Assembly (NCBI GenBank): GCA_017463865.1
Contig: JAFTOI010000029.1
Span: 25,994 to 89,993 of the forward strand
Source: Clostridia bacterium
GTDB taxonomy: Bacteria > Bacillota > Clostridia > Oscillospirales > CAG-272
Length of the DNA stretch: 64,000 nucleotides
Direction: 5' to 3'
This document shows positions 35,228-44,127 of this stretch, piece after piece. The notes beneath the pieces are model-generated. The model was not told where the DNA came from, made no database searches, and saw only the letters and a list, made by a program, of their open reading frames with translations. The translations under genes were made by a program, and so were the position numbers. The number at the start of each line of letters is the position of its first letter. Position 1 is the stretch's first letter.

Positions 35228-35271
35228 GTTATCAGACACCAAGGCCGCGCGCCGACACATGGAGGTACATC

Positions 35272-35685
35272 ATGAAACAAGCATCCGAAAACTTCATCAA
35301 GCTTCCCGAATCTGAGCTGCGCCTGATGCAGGCCGTCTGGGCGCTGCACGCGGCGGGCGAGCCGGACATCACCGCCGCCGCCCTGATGGCGGCAGACGAA
35401 GGCCTCGCCCGGCTCAAGCTGACCACTGTGCTGACCCTCATCACCCGCCTGGCAGGCCGCGGGTTCCTCGCCATCGAGAAGCGCGGGCGGGCGAACTGCT
35501 ACACCCCGCTCGTCTCGGAGGCTGACTATAAGGCCCAAGCCGCCGCCGAGTTCATCGCTTCTGTCTATGAAAGCAGGCCGGGGAATCTGCTCTCGGCACT
35601 GGTGAACGGCGGCCTGCTCAGCGACGAGGAGATTGAGGAGCTGCGCGCCGTGCTGGCGCAGGAGGCGAAGGGAGACCGGTCATGA
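35272..35685 (+). CDS. BlaI/MecI/CopY family transcriptional repressor
   Basis: 137 aa; LPESELRLMQAVWA...LTTVLTLITRLAGRGFLAIEKRGRANCYTPLVS winged-helix signature. Confidence 0.85.
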   Translation: MKQASENFIKLPESELRLMQAVWALHAAGEPDITAAALMAADEGLARLKLTTVLTLITRLAGRGFLAIEKRGRANCYTPLVSEADYKAQAAAEFIASVYESRPGNLLSALVNGGLLSDEEIEELRAVLAQEAKGDRS

Positions 35686-37511
35686 ACGGTTTTCTCCTTT
35701 CCCTGCTCGCCCTCACGCACGTTCTGACCGTCTGCGGCGGGGCGGCACTGCTCTTTCGCCTGACGCGCGCCGGGCGCTGCGGGCGGCTGATGAGCGCAGT
35801 CTGGACGATCGTCCTTCTGCTCGCGCTGATCCCACTGCGGCTGCCCGAGGCGTGGCTGCCGATGTCCCTCTTCGGCGAAACGGGGAGCGACGCGCTGATC
35901 GAGCTGTCGCCGACCGTCATCACGGCGCCGCCCGCCGCCGAAGCGAGCGAGGGACAGTTCACGGTGATCGAGCATCCAGCCGAACCCGCACAGCCGGTGC
36001 AGATCATCGAGGCCCCCGCCGGACGGTCGGCCATCCCGGTCGGGCCGATCCTCTTCGCCGTGTGGCTCGGCGGCGCGGCGGTGATGCTCATGCTCTCGCT
36101 CCGGCGCAGTCGACAGCTGAGCACGACGCTGCGCACCTGCTCCATCCCCTGTGAGGATGACGAAACGCTGGCCGTCTTCGTCGACCTCGCCCACCGCACC
36201 GGGCTCCGCCGGCTGCCCGAGCTGCGCGTCCTCGACGCCGGCATCCCCATTCCCCCCTGCACGGCAGGCTTTTTCGCCCCCTGCGTCTACCTGCCGGCAG
36301 AGCTGCCAACGGCGCAGGTCAGCCGCGCCGCCATCCTCGCGCATGAGCTCTGCCATATCCGCCGCCGCGACATCTGGCGCAAGCTCTTCGCCCTCGCCGT
36401 CTGCTCAGCGCACTGGTTCAATCCCCTCGCGCATGTGATTCTGCCCCGCGTGTACGAGGATCTTGAGCCGGCCTGCGACCGTGATGCACTTCGGCTGCTG
36501 GGCGGCGAGCCCGCCCGCATCGGCTACATGCAGACTCTGCTCGAGGTGGCGGCTCAGCTGACCGTGTGGCAGCGCGACACCCTCGTGCTTGGCCTTGGCA
36601 GCCAGAAACAACAAATTGAAAGGAGATTTACCAGTATGAAGAAAACCCGTCTGAACAAGCTCTATGCCGCACTCGCCCTGCTGCTCGTCTGCGCGATGGC
36701 GCTCGGCGCGGCTGTTATTTTCACCGCCTGCACGCCGATCGAAGCAGCGGCAGATCCGCGCGATGCGCTGACGCCCCTGACCGAGCGGATCGTGCGCTAT
36801 CAGTACGACCTCGCGCCCGGGGATGAGATCACCCTCGAGATGCTGGAGGGGATCACGTCGCTGAAGCTGTCGGTGGCATCGGTCGATACAAACATTGAGA
36901 CACTGCTAACGGAAGCGATGGAGCAAGATGGTATCTTAACCCTTGAAATGATGGAACTGCCCGCCGACTCCTCCGATAGCTTGATCGCATCAATGAAAAA
37001 TTTTGTAGCCGACTGTAACGATGCATCGGCCAGACGCGCCTCACAGCGCATCGAACTCGGCGAGGTACTCGAAGAAAAGACCTTTGTCTCCTTCAATGTT
37101 AACTACGCAAATGCCGCAGAGGGCAGCTACGAGGCACTGATCGGCACAAGCGAAACCTTCCGGTTTATACCGAAACATTTCTTTGAGACCACCATTCGCG
37201 CACAAATCACCGATGATTGGACGCAAAAAAAGGTTATGGCATACTATACTCTCAAGGATTATGCCGACATGGAGACTGAACGCGCCAAAGCCGAACTACT
37301 TGCCATGTTCCCCGGCATTGACAAACATCCTACTTATATTGGCGACCCATTCACTACTACCTGTGACCATCTGACCATCTACTACCACTTCTACGAATAT
37401 GGCATCCTTGCCCCCCAGCTGCTCGACTCGACCACCATCGACACCGCGCAGTTTGCTGTCTTCCCCAACCTCACGACCCTCGAACTGGTCGGCCTGACCG
37501 AAGCAAAATAA
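35682..37511 (+). CDS. M56 family (BlaR1-like) membrane metallopeptidase/sensor
   Basis: 609 aa; N-terminal TM segments, HELCHIRRRD zinc motif, ATGA overlap with the repressor gene. Confidence 0.8.
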   Translation: MNGFLLSLLALTHVLTVCGGAALLFRLTRAGRCGRLMSAVWTIVLLLALIPLRLPEAWLPMSLFGETGSDALIELSPTVITAPPAAEASEGQFTVIEHPAEPAQPVQIIEAPAGRSAIPVGPILFAVWLGGAAVMLMLSLRRSRQLSTTLRTCSIPCEDDETLAVFVDLAHRTGLRRLPELRVLDAGIPIPPCTAGFFAPCVYLPAELPTAQVSRAAILAHELCHIRRRDIWRKLFALAVCSAHWFNPLAHVILPRVYEDLEPACDRDALRLLGGEPARIGYMQTLLEVAAQLTVWQRDTLVLGLGSQKQQIERRFTSMKKTRLNKLYAALALLLVCAMALGAAVIFTACTPIEAAADPRDALTPLTERIVRYQYDLAPGDEITLEMLEGITSLKLSVASVDTNIETLLTEAMEQDGILTLEMMELPADSSDSLIASMKNFVADCNDASARRASQRIELGEVLEEKTFVSFNVNYANAAEGSYEALIGTSETFRFIPKHFFETTIRAQITDDWTQKKVMAYYTLKDYADMETERAKAELLAMFPGIDKHPTYIGDPFTTTCDHLTIYYHFYEYGILAPQLLDSTTIDTAQFAVFPNLTTLELVGLTEAK

Positions 37512-37524
37512 CCGCATCCCCACC

Positions 37525-37562
37525 GGGGGAGACCGAAAATCGGTCTCCCCCTCTTGCTTTTG
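37525..37562 (+). terminator. intrinsic terminator after the BlaR1-like gene
   Basis: GGGGGAGACCG-AAAA-TCGGTCTCCCCC followed by TCTTGCTTTTG. Confidence 0.7.
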
Positions 37563-37582
37563 CCGCGAAAAAAGAGTATACT
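37554..37582 (+). promoter_or_regulatory. putative promoter of the YibE/F gene
   Basis: TTGCTT (37554-37559), 17 nt, TATACT (37577-37582). Confidence 0.4.
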
Positions 37583-37612
37583 ATAGGAAAACCACAAAAA
37601 GGAAGTCCCATC

Positions 37613-38824
37613 ATGCGCAACATAAATTGGAAGGAACCCGCCCGCACCGCCGCTCTCGTTCTGGCTGCCGTCCTCGTGCTTTGGGCGCTGTCGGCCATCG
37701 CGTCGGTCGGCCGCGCTGAGCGGGTGCCCAACGACGCCTACACCACCGGTCGCGTCGTCGAGATTCTCACCCGCGACGAGGTCTACTACGGCGAGGACAA
37801 CAGCATGCGCGACCTCACCCTCGCCTTCACCGTCGACCTCGGCGGCGAGACGGTCACCGCCACCCAGACCATCAGCGACGGCGTCATCGCCGGCGACCGC
37901 CGCGAGGTAGAGCCGGGCGACCGCATCACCCTGATGAACAACGCCGTGGGCGACACCGCCAACTATGTCTTCACCGGCTACGTCCGCACCGACGCCTTGA
38001 TCGGGCTCGGTATCGTCTTCGTGCTGGCCATGCTCATCTTCGGCCGGGGCAAGGGGCTGATGGCCATGATTGCCCTCGTGCTGACCTGTGCGGCCGTCTT
38101 CGGCTGCTTTATCCCCGCCGTGCTGGCCGGGCGGAACATCTACCTGTGGACCTTCATCATCTGCGCCTACATCACGGTCTTCACCCTGCTGCTGATCGGC
38201 GCTGCCGGCCGCAAGAGCCTCGCCGCCATCATCGGCTGCCTTGGCGGCACTGTCGTCGCGGCCATCGTCATGGCCGTGACCGACCTTTTCCTGCACATGA
38301 CCGGCTTTCTCGACGAAAACACCGCCTTTCTGCTCTACCTCGATACGCCTGCCCCCATCGACCTGCGCGCTCTGCTCTACGCCGCCGTGCTGATCGGTGC
38401 CCTCGGGGCTGTCATGGACGTCTCGGTCGACATCTCGTCCTCGCTGCACGAGATCGCCGCCAAGGTTGAGTGCGCCACCTTCGGCTCGCTGCTCCGCTCG
38501 GGCATCACCATCGGCCGCGATCTCATCGGCACCATGTCGAACACCCTCATCCTCGCCTACATCGGCAGCTCGATCTCCACCGTCCTGCTGGTCGCCGGCG
38601 GCAGCGGGACGTCGCTCTTCTACATTTTAAATCAGGAGCGCATCGTCTTCGAGATCCTGCAGGCGCTGGTGGGCAGCTTCGGCATCCTGTCAGCCCTGCC
38701 GCTCACCGCCGCCGTCTCCGCCCTGCTCTTCGGCCACCGCGCCGAGGTGCGCGACGAATACGCCGAGCTGCTCGAGGCGGCAGAAAAGGAGGAAGATCAT
38801 GCCAACCGTTCTTCGCGTCCGTGA
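37613..38824 (+). CDS. YibE/F family membrane protein
   Basis: 403 aa; N-terminal TM plus an extracytoplasmic segment, followed by a polytopic core typical of YibE/F. Confidence 0.75.
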   Translation: MRNINWKEPARTAALVLAAVLVLWALSAIASVGRAERVPNDAYTTGRVVEILTRDEVYYGEDNSMRDLTLAFTVDLGGETVTATQTISDGVIAGDRREVEPGDRITLMNNAVGDTANYVFTGYVRTDALIGLGIVFVLAMLIFGRGKGLMAMIALVLTCAAVFGCFIPAVLAGRNIYLWTFIICAYITVFTLLLIGAAGRKSLAAIIGCLGGTVVAAIVMAVTDLFLHMTGFLDENTAFLLYLDTPAPIDLRALLYAAVLIGALGAVMDVSVDISSSLHEIAAKVECATFGSLLRSGITIGRDLIGTMSNTLILAYIGSSISTVLLVAGGSGTSLFYILNQERIVFEILQALVGSFGILSALPLTAAVSALLFGHRAEVRDEYAELLEAAEKEEDHANRSSRP

Positions 38825-39254
38825 CGATCCCGCGCTGTCCGACACCGCCATCGCCTACATCCAGTCCCGCTGGGCCAGTGACGCCAGCCGCCCGGTCTAC
38901 CGCGACTGCATCACCCACAGCCTCACCACCGCCGCGCCCCTGCCGCGGTGGTATCTGCTCGCCGAAGGGGAGCGCATCCTCGGCTGCGCAGGGCTGATCA
39001 CCAACGATTTCATCAGCCGCATGGATCTCTGGCCCTGGCTCTGTGCCCTCTACGTCGAGCCGGAGGCACGCGGACATGCCTGGGGCGCGATGCTGATCGA
39101 AGCCGCGAAAGCGGACGCCCGCGCCGGCGGGTTTGACGCGCTATACCTCTGCACCGATCATGTGGGCTACTACGAGCACTACGGTTTCGCCTACATCGGC
39201 GACGGCTACCACCCCTGGGGCGAAACATCGCGGATATATCGGTGCACCCTCTAA
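38799..39254 (+). CDS. GNAT family N-acetyltransferase
   Basis: 151 aa; [21 protein letters not shown] acetyl-CoA-binding motif; AAGGAGG RBS; 26-nt overlap with the upstream gene. Confidence 0.8.
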   Translation: MPTVLRVRDDPALSDTAIAYIQSRWASDASRPVYRDCITHSLTTAAPLPRWYLLAEGERILGCAGLITNDFISRMDLWPWLCALYVEPEARGHAWGAMLIEAAKADARAGGFDALYLCTDHVGYYEHYGFAYIGDGYHPWGETSRIYRCTL

Positions 39255-39344
39255 AAGGCTCCCTCCCCGAGGGAGGCTTCGTGCAAGTAAACACGCCTTT
39301 GCAAAAAAATCCGCAAAATTTGCCTGAAATTTATCAAATAACCC

Positions 39345-39373
39345 TTGATAAAATCCGCAATTTATGGTATATT
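39345..39373 (+). promoter_or_regulatory. putative promoter of pgk-tpiA
   Basis: TTGATA (39345-39350), 17 nt, TATATT (39368-39373). Confidence 0.5.
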
Positions 39374-39415
39374 AAAGAGTGGAAAAAATATCTTTTCAGA
39401 AAGGAAATTTTCGCC

Positions 39416-40618
39416 ATGTACAACAAGAAAAACATCGAAGACATTGCCGTTGCCGGCAAGCGCGTCCTCGTCCGCTGCGACTTCAACGTCCCGCTCAAGG
39501 ACGGCAAGATCACCAGTGACAAGCGCATCGTCGAGGCTCTGCCCACCATCAAGTATCTGCTGGGCCAGGGCGCCAAGGTCATCCTCTGCTCCCACATGGG
39601 CAAGCCGAAGGGTGAAGTCAACCCCAAGTATTCCCTCGCTCCCGTTGCCGCTCGTCTGACCGAGCTGCTCGGCCAGGAGGTCGCCCTCTGCGCCGACACC
39701 ATCGGTCCCGACGCCAAGGCTAAGGCAGCTGCTCTGGCTGACGGTCAGGCTATCCTGCTTGAGAACACCCGTTTCGACGCCCGTGAGGAGAAGAACGATC
39801 CCGAGTTTGCCAAGGAGCTGGCTTCCCTTGCTGAGATCTTCGTCAACGACGCATTCGGCGCCGCTCACCGCGCACACGGCTCGACCGCAGGCGTTGCACA
39901 GCACGGCGGTCTGCCCGCTGTCTGCGGCTACCTGATCCAGAAGGAGATCGGCGTCATGGGCAAGGCTCTGTCCGATCCTGCACGTCCTTTTGTTGCCATC
40001 CTCGGCGGCGCAAAGGTCGCTGACAAGCTCAACGTCATCGACAACCTGCTCTCCAAGGTCGACACTCTCATCATCGGCGGCGGTATGGCTTACACCTTCC
40101 TCGCAGCCAAGGGCTACAGCATCGGCAAGTCCCTCTTCGACGAGACCAAGCTCGACTACTGCCGCGACATGATGGCCAAGGCTGAGCAGAAGGGCGTCAA
40201 CCTGCTTCTCCCCGTTGACACCGTCGTTGCCGCATCCTTCCCGGATCCGATCGACGCTGCCATCGCCGTTGAGACCGTCGACGCTGACAAGATCCCCGCA
40301 GACAAGATGGGCCTCGACATCGGCGCCAAGACCCGCGAGCTCTTCGCCAACGCAGTCAAGAGCGCCAAGACCGTTGTCTGGAACGGCCCGATGGGCGTGT
40401 TCGAGAACCCGACTCTGGCAGAGGGAACCATCGCTGTTGCCCGCGCACTTGCTGAGTCCGACGCCATCACCATCGTCGGCGGCGGTGACTCCGCAGCCGC
40501 CTGCGAGCAGCTCGGCTTCGCAGACCGCATCACCCACATCTCCACCGGCGGCGGCGCATCCCTCGAGTTCCTCGAAGGCCGCACCCTGCCCGGCATCGAC
40601 TGCCTGGAGAATAAGTAA
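39416..40618 (+). CDS. pgk: phosphoglycerate kinase
   Basis: ORF 39242..40618 trimmed to ATG 39416; [38 protein letters not shown] and GGGDSAAA motifs. Confidence 0.95.
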   Translation: MYNKKNIEDIAVAGKRVLVRCDFNVPLKDGKITSDKRIVEALPTIKYLLGQGAKVILCSHMGKPKGEVNPKYSLAPVAARLTELLGQEVALCADTIGPDAKAKAAALADGQAILLENTRFDAREEKNDPEFAKELASLAEIFVNDAFGAAHRAHGSTAGVAQHGGLPAVCGYLIQKEIGVMGKALSDPARPFVAILGGAKVADKLNVIDNLLSKVDTLIIGGGMAYTFLAAKGYSIGKSLFDETKLDYCRDMMAKAEQKGVNLLLPVDTVVAASFPDPIDAAIAVETVDADKIPADKMGLDIGAKTRELFANAVKSAKTVVWNGPMGVFENPTLAEGTIAVARALAESDAITIVGGGDSAAACEQLGFADRITHISTGGGASLEFLEGRTLPGIDCLENK

Positions 40619-40647
40619 AAGCCCCTGGGGCTTTGCCCCAGACCCCA

Positions 40648-40679
40648 GTTAAGACCCTTTTTGTAAAAAGGGTCTTAAC
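40648..40679. repeat. perfect 15-bp-arm palindrome in the pgk-tpiA spacer
   Basis: GTTAAGACCCTTTTT-GT-AAAAAGGGTCTTAAC. Confidence 0.8.
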
Positions 40680-40729
40680 AATCTCGAAAAACTTCCCAAC
40701 AAATTTCTTTTTGAAGGAGTATCTTACCC

Positions 40730-41497
40730 ATGAATCCTGCTAAGAGACGCACCGTTATTGCGGGCAACTGGAAGATGAACATGACCCCCATCGAGGCTGC
40801 TGCTCTCGTTCGCGAGGTCGCTCCCCTGGTTGCAGGCAAGGACAACTGTGACATCGTATTCTGCGCACCCTACGTTGACATTGCCGCCGCTCAGGCTGCT
40901 GCCGAGGGCACCAACATCAAGATCGGCGCCGAGAATGTCCACTTTGCTGAGTCGGGCGCTTACACCGGTGAAATTTCCGCCAAGATGCTGACCGCCTGCG
41001 GCGTCGAGTACGTTATCGTCGGCCACAGCGAGCGCCGTCAGTACTTCGGCGAGACCGATGAGACCGTCAACCTCCGCACCAAGGCTGCCATCGCCGCCGG
41101 CATGAAGGTCATCCTCTGCCTGGGCGAGGTCAAGGAGCAGCGTCTGGCCGGCATCACCGACGAGGTCGTTGCCATGCAGACCAAGCTCGACCTGGCTGAC
41201 ATCACGGCTGAGCAGCTGAAGCAGATCATCATTGCCTACGAGCCCGTTTGGGCCATCGGCACCGGCCTGACCGCTACCCCCGAGCAGGCTGAGGAGACCT
41301 GCGCCGTCATCCGCGCGACCCTCGCCAAGCTCTACGGCGCAGAGGTTGCCGAGACCGTCACCATCCAGTACGGCGGCTCGATGAACGACAAGAACGCAGC
41401 TGAGCTGCTGGCTAAGCCCAACGTCGACGGCGGCCTCATTGGCGGCGCGTCGCTCAAGGCTGGCGCATTCGCAGCAATCGTTGACGCTGCACAGTAA
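40730..41497 (+). CDS. tpiA: triosephosphate isomerase
   Basis: 255 aa; AGNWKMN, VGHSERR and AYEPVWAIGTG motifs. Confidence 0.95.
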   Translation: MNPAKRRTVIAGNWKMNMTPIEAAALVREVAPLVAGKDNCDIVFCAPYVDIAAAQAAAEGTNIKIGAENVHFAESGAYTGEISAKMLTACGVEYVIVGHSERRQYFGETDETVNLRTKAAIAAGMKVILCLGEVKEQRLAGITDEVVAMQTKLDLADITAEQLKQIIIAYEPVWAIGTGLTATPEQAEETCAVIRATLAKLYGAEVAETVTIQYGGSMNDKNAAELLAKPNVDGGLIGGASLKAGAFAAIVDAAQ

Positions 41498-41511
41498 CGC
41501 ACGAACCAACA

Positions 41512-41548
41512 TAAAAATGACGCTGTCCGCGGACAGCGTCATTTTTTA
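41512..41548. terminator. bidirectional intrinsic terminator after tpiA
   Basis: AAAAATGACGCTGTCC-GC-GGACAGCGTCATTTTTT. Confidence 0.85.
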
Positions 41549-42076
41549 TTTCACACGCCAGTACACCTCGTGATCGCGTTCCATCAGGCCGAACGCGATC
41601 AGCTCGCGGCGCAGGAAGCAATAGTCCTCGTGCCAGCGGGTAAGGATCTCGTTGACCTCGGGCTCGGTGTAGGTGCGGCCGGGCTCAAATTCCTCGGCGA
41701 GGCGCGCGCAGATGATCTCGCGCTTCTTGCGCTGGGTCGGGATTGACACCAGCCGCCCGCCGGCGATGAAGCTGTCATACACCTTCTGCCGATAGGCGCT
41801 GTCGTCGTCGAGCGCATCATCGACGACGAGGTAGTCGATGATTGGCGCCTCCAGCTGCTCGCGGTTGACCGAGTAGATCATGTAAAACTGCGCCCGCGAG
41901 CAGCGCACCAGCCCCGCTTCCTCCAGCTTTTTGAGGTGGTGGCTGATCGTTCCCGGCGTCAGCGACAGCTTCTCGGCCAGCAGCTCGACATAGCTGTCAC
42001 TGCGGCAGAGCAGGCTCATGATGGCGAACCGCGTCGGGTCGCCGAGGCATTTGAAGATGCTGACCGCGTTGCTCAT
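41546..42076 (-). CDS. ArsR family regulator with a DUF2087-like C-terminal domain
   Basis: 176 aa; IFKCLGDPTRFAIMSLL...GTISHHLKKLEEAGLV HTH, then a C-terminal YTEPEVNEIL...DYCFLRRELI domain. Confidence 0.8.
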   Translation of the reverse strand: MSNAVSIFKCLGDPTRFAIMSLLCRSDSYVELLAEKLSLTPGTISHHLKKLEEAGLVRCSRAQFYMIYSVNREQLEAPIIDYLVVDDALDDDSAYRQKVYDSFIAGGRLVSIPTQRKKREIICARLAEEFEPGRTYTEPEVNEILTRWHEDYCFLRRELIAFGLMERDHEVYWRVK

Positions 42077-42579
42077 ACGGCTACCTCGCAGGCGACACAG
42101 CCGTTCTCACGCCACCAAGCCTGCCACGCGGTGAGGATATCCCCCAGCACGCCGCAGATCACCTGCGCCTCGAAGCGGGCGTTGGCCGACGCACCGTCGG
42201 GTGCGTCGAGCACAGCCTTGCGCTTGTCGTAGAAGGTTTCCTTGATAAACCCAAACGCGAAAGCGTAAGTGCGGAAGCTCCCCTGCCCGTCCTCATCCAG
42301 CGCGCGGTAGGCCGCCTCGCAGCCGCGAAACCAGGGGAATTCGCGGAAGATGCGGCGCTCGTACATGGCCACGCTTCCACCGCCCCCTACAAAGGCGGTA
42401 CCGCCCCGAGCGGGCATCTGCGCAAACGCTGCCGCATGTGACGCCATCTGCCGCGCAATGGTCAGAGCCTTGCGCTCGGTCTTCGCCGTGGGATCGAGTG
42501 CGGCGATCTGTGCGTCAAATTCGTCCACCCTCACCTGTGCGATCTCGGTGAGGGCATTTGCTGTTTCAAATGTATTCAT
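42073..42579 (-). CDS. hypothetical protein (168 aa)
   Basis: ORF track; AAGGAGG RBS; ATGA overlap with the downstream ArsR-like gene. Confidence 0.6.
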   Translation of the reverse strand: MNTFETANALTEIAQVRVDEFDAQIAALDPTAKTERKALTIARQMASHAAAFAQMPARGGTAFVGGGGSVAMYERRIFREFPWFRGCEAAYRALDEDGQGSFRTYAFAFGFIKETFYDKRKAVLDAPDGASANARFEAQVICGVLGDILTAWQAWWRENGCVACEVAV

Positions 42580-42603
42580 GGCTTTCGCCTCCTTTCAAGT
42601 ATT

Positions 42604-42632
42604 ATTATACACATCAAATCACTATTTGTCAA
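42604..42632 (-). promoter_or_regulatory. sigma-70 promoter of the hypothetical/ArsR pair
   Basis: Minus strand TTGACA (42627-42632), 17 nt, TATAAT (42604-42609). Confidence 0.6.
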
Positions 42633-42666
42633 GCAGTTTTTTGATATTTGTCAAATCATTTTCAGC

Positions 42667-42697
42667 AAAAAAGAAAGCCCTCAGCAGAGGGCTTTCT
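42667..42697 (-). terminator. intrinsic terminator after the surface protein gene
   Basis: Minus strand GAAAGCCCTC-TGCT-GAGGGCTTTC followed by TTTTTT. Confidence 0.8.
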
Positions 42698-42709
42698 CTC
42701 ATTTTACTG

Positions 42710-43906
42710 TTATCTTGCGCGCTTCTTCATGAAGACGCAGGCTGCGACTGCCATCAGGCCGGCCATTGCGAAGATCATGCCGTTGTCGGCAGTGCTCGGC
42801 GTTGCGGCGGGAGCAGTGGTGACAGCGGGTGCTGCGGTCGTGGTCGGTGCGGCGGTCGTGGTCGGTGCGGCCGTCGTAGTGGGCGCTGCGGTGGTTTCAG
42901 CGGCAGCGAAGTTGATCTCGGCGGTACGCATGATGCGGTCGCCCAGGCTGAGGTAGTTGGCCTCAACGGTGTAGATACGGTTGCCGGCGACGACTGCGTA
43001 CGGATAGTAGGAGTTCATCTCGCCGCTGGCGTCCTTAATGGTCGAAACGATCTTCAGGGTAGCCTTGTCGATGACATAGACCTCAGTCTTGCCCTTGGTG
43101 TTGTTGGTGCAGATAAGGTAATCCTTGTAGATGTCGACACCGTACATGCCGTCGATCTGGTTCGACTGCGTGACAGTCTTGCCATCAGCGGTGAGCTGCA
43201 TCAGGTATACCTTCTTGTCGGACTTGGTAGCAGCGAGGTAGATCACACCCTGGTCATCAACGGCCAGATAGTTGCCCTCGGTGATGTCCAGCTTGGTCAG
43301 ATCCATATAGCCCTTGTTGTCGCCGAACGCGGTGTTGAGCGTGGGGTTATTGACATCAGTGACATCGTAGCAGTAGATGCGGTCGGTGTCATAGTTGACA
43401 ACGAAGTAGAGATAGTAGCGGTCGCCGATCTTGGACACATAGGTGCCGTTGACACCGACCTTGCCGTCGATCTCGATCTTCTCAGAGTGGACTTCCTTCA
43501 TGGTCTCCAGCTCGATGATGGCAAAATAAACCGCACCCTTGTTTGCGTTGTTGGCGATACCGCCGTAAACGTAGCCGCGGTCATCAATGGCAACACCCTT
43601 GACATAGGAGATCAGGCCGTCCTCTTCCTTGTGCTGGTAGCTGGCAACATTGACGTTCTTCTCAACGTCGATCTTCTCGAGCGTCGACTGGCCCTTCGGG
43701 TTCAGCACGCCGCCGAGGATGTACTTGCCGTCTTCGGTCACATCAAAGCCGCGCATGTGCATGGCGCCCAGGTCACCGGTAGCAAACAGATGATGCTCCT
43801 CCAGAGCGAGACCTTGCCAGACCGAGTCCATCGAACCGGCGCTGACCGGCAGAGCCGTCATCGCGATCAGCAGGACGGCGCAAAGCAGTACAGAAAGTTT
43901 CTTCAT
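42710..43906 (-). CDS. secreted, cell-surface-anchored protein with a Thr/Ala/Pro repeat linker
   Basis: ORF 42710..44011 trimmed to ATG 43906; signal peptide MKKLSVLLCAVLLIAMTALPVSA; C-terminus (TTAAP)x4 ...PSTADNGMIFAMAGLMAVAACVFMKKRAR. Confidence 0.75.
   Translation of the reverse strand: MKKLSVLLCAVLLIAMTALPVSAGSMDSVWQGLALEEHHLFATGDLGAMHMRGFDVTEDGKYILGGVLNPKGQSTLEKIDVEKNVNVASYQHKEEDGLISYVKGVAIDDRGYVYGGIANNANKGAVYFAIIELETMKEVHSEKIEIDGKVGVNGTYVSKIGDRYYLYFVVNYDTDRIYCYDVTDVNNPTLNTAFGDNKGYMDLTKLDITEGNYLAVDDQGVIYLAATKSDKKVYLMQLTADGKTVTQSNQIDGMYGVDIYKDYLICTNNTKGKTEVYVIDKATLKIVSTIKDASGEMNSYYPYAVVAGNRIYTVEANYLSLGDRIMRTAEINFAAAETTAAPTTTAAPTTTAAPTTTAAPAVTTAPAATPSTADNGMIFAMAGLMAVAACVFMKKRAR
42828..42893. 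repeat. 15-bp tandem coding repeat (TTAAP units)
   Basis: Four near-identical 15-nt units GGTGC(N)GCGGTCGTG inside the 3' end of the surface protein gene. Confidence 0.8.
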
Positions 43907-43982
43907 AAAAGTCTTCCTTCCCTTCATTTTTTCCGCAGCGGCCGCATATATGCTCGACAGCCGATTCGCGGTTACACCATCA

Positions 43983-44011
43983 ATTGTAACCATCTCCCGC
44001 AAAAAAGTCAA
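43983..44011 (-). promoter_or_regulatory. putative promoter of the surface protein gene
   Basis: Minus strand TTGACT (44006-44011), 17 nt, TACAAT (43983-43988). Confidence 0.5.
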
Positions 44012-44084
44012 GGGCTTCCGGCGTACATTATTTATTTTTTAAGCAATCACATCAGATTTTTTAACGTTTTTACCCGTCTTTCAT

Positions 44085-44117
44085 AAAAAAGAAGAGGAGC
44101 CCGTAAAGGCTCCTCTT
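44085..44117 (-). terminator. intrinsic terminator of the GldA/F/G-like ABC operon
   Basis: Minus strand AAGAGGAGCC-loop-GGCTCCTCTT followed by CTTTTTT. Confidence 0.8.
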
Positions 44118-44127
44118 GGCAAAACGA

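Noticed and set aside
34913-35271. Possible protein-coding gene in the 360-bp gap upstream of the tRNA array (track ORFs 34905..35315 and 34930..35121).
   Set aside because: The gap is fully accounted for by two tandem tRNA promoters, their A/T-rich upstream tracts, and the divergent blaI promoter and operator. The ORFs lack RBSs and show no motifs.
42828-42893. Short tandem repeats that could be mistaken for a CRISPR-like or VNTR locus.
   Set aside because: The period is 15 bp with no spacers, the repeats are in frame, and they lie inside a gene (TTAAP units). This is a coding low-complexity linker. No CRISPR array exists in the window.
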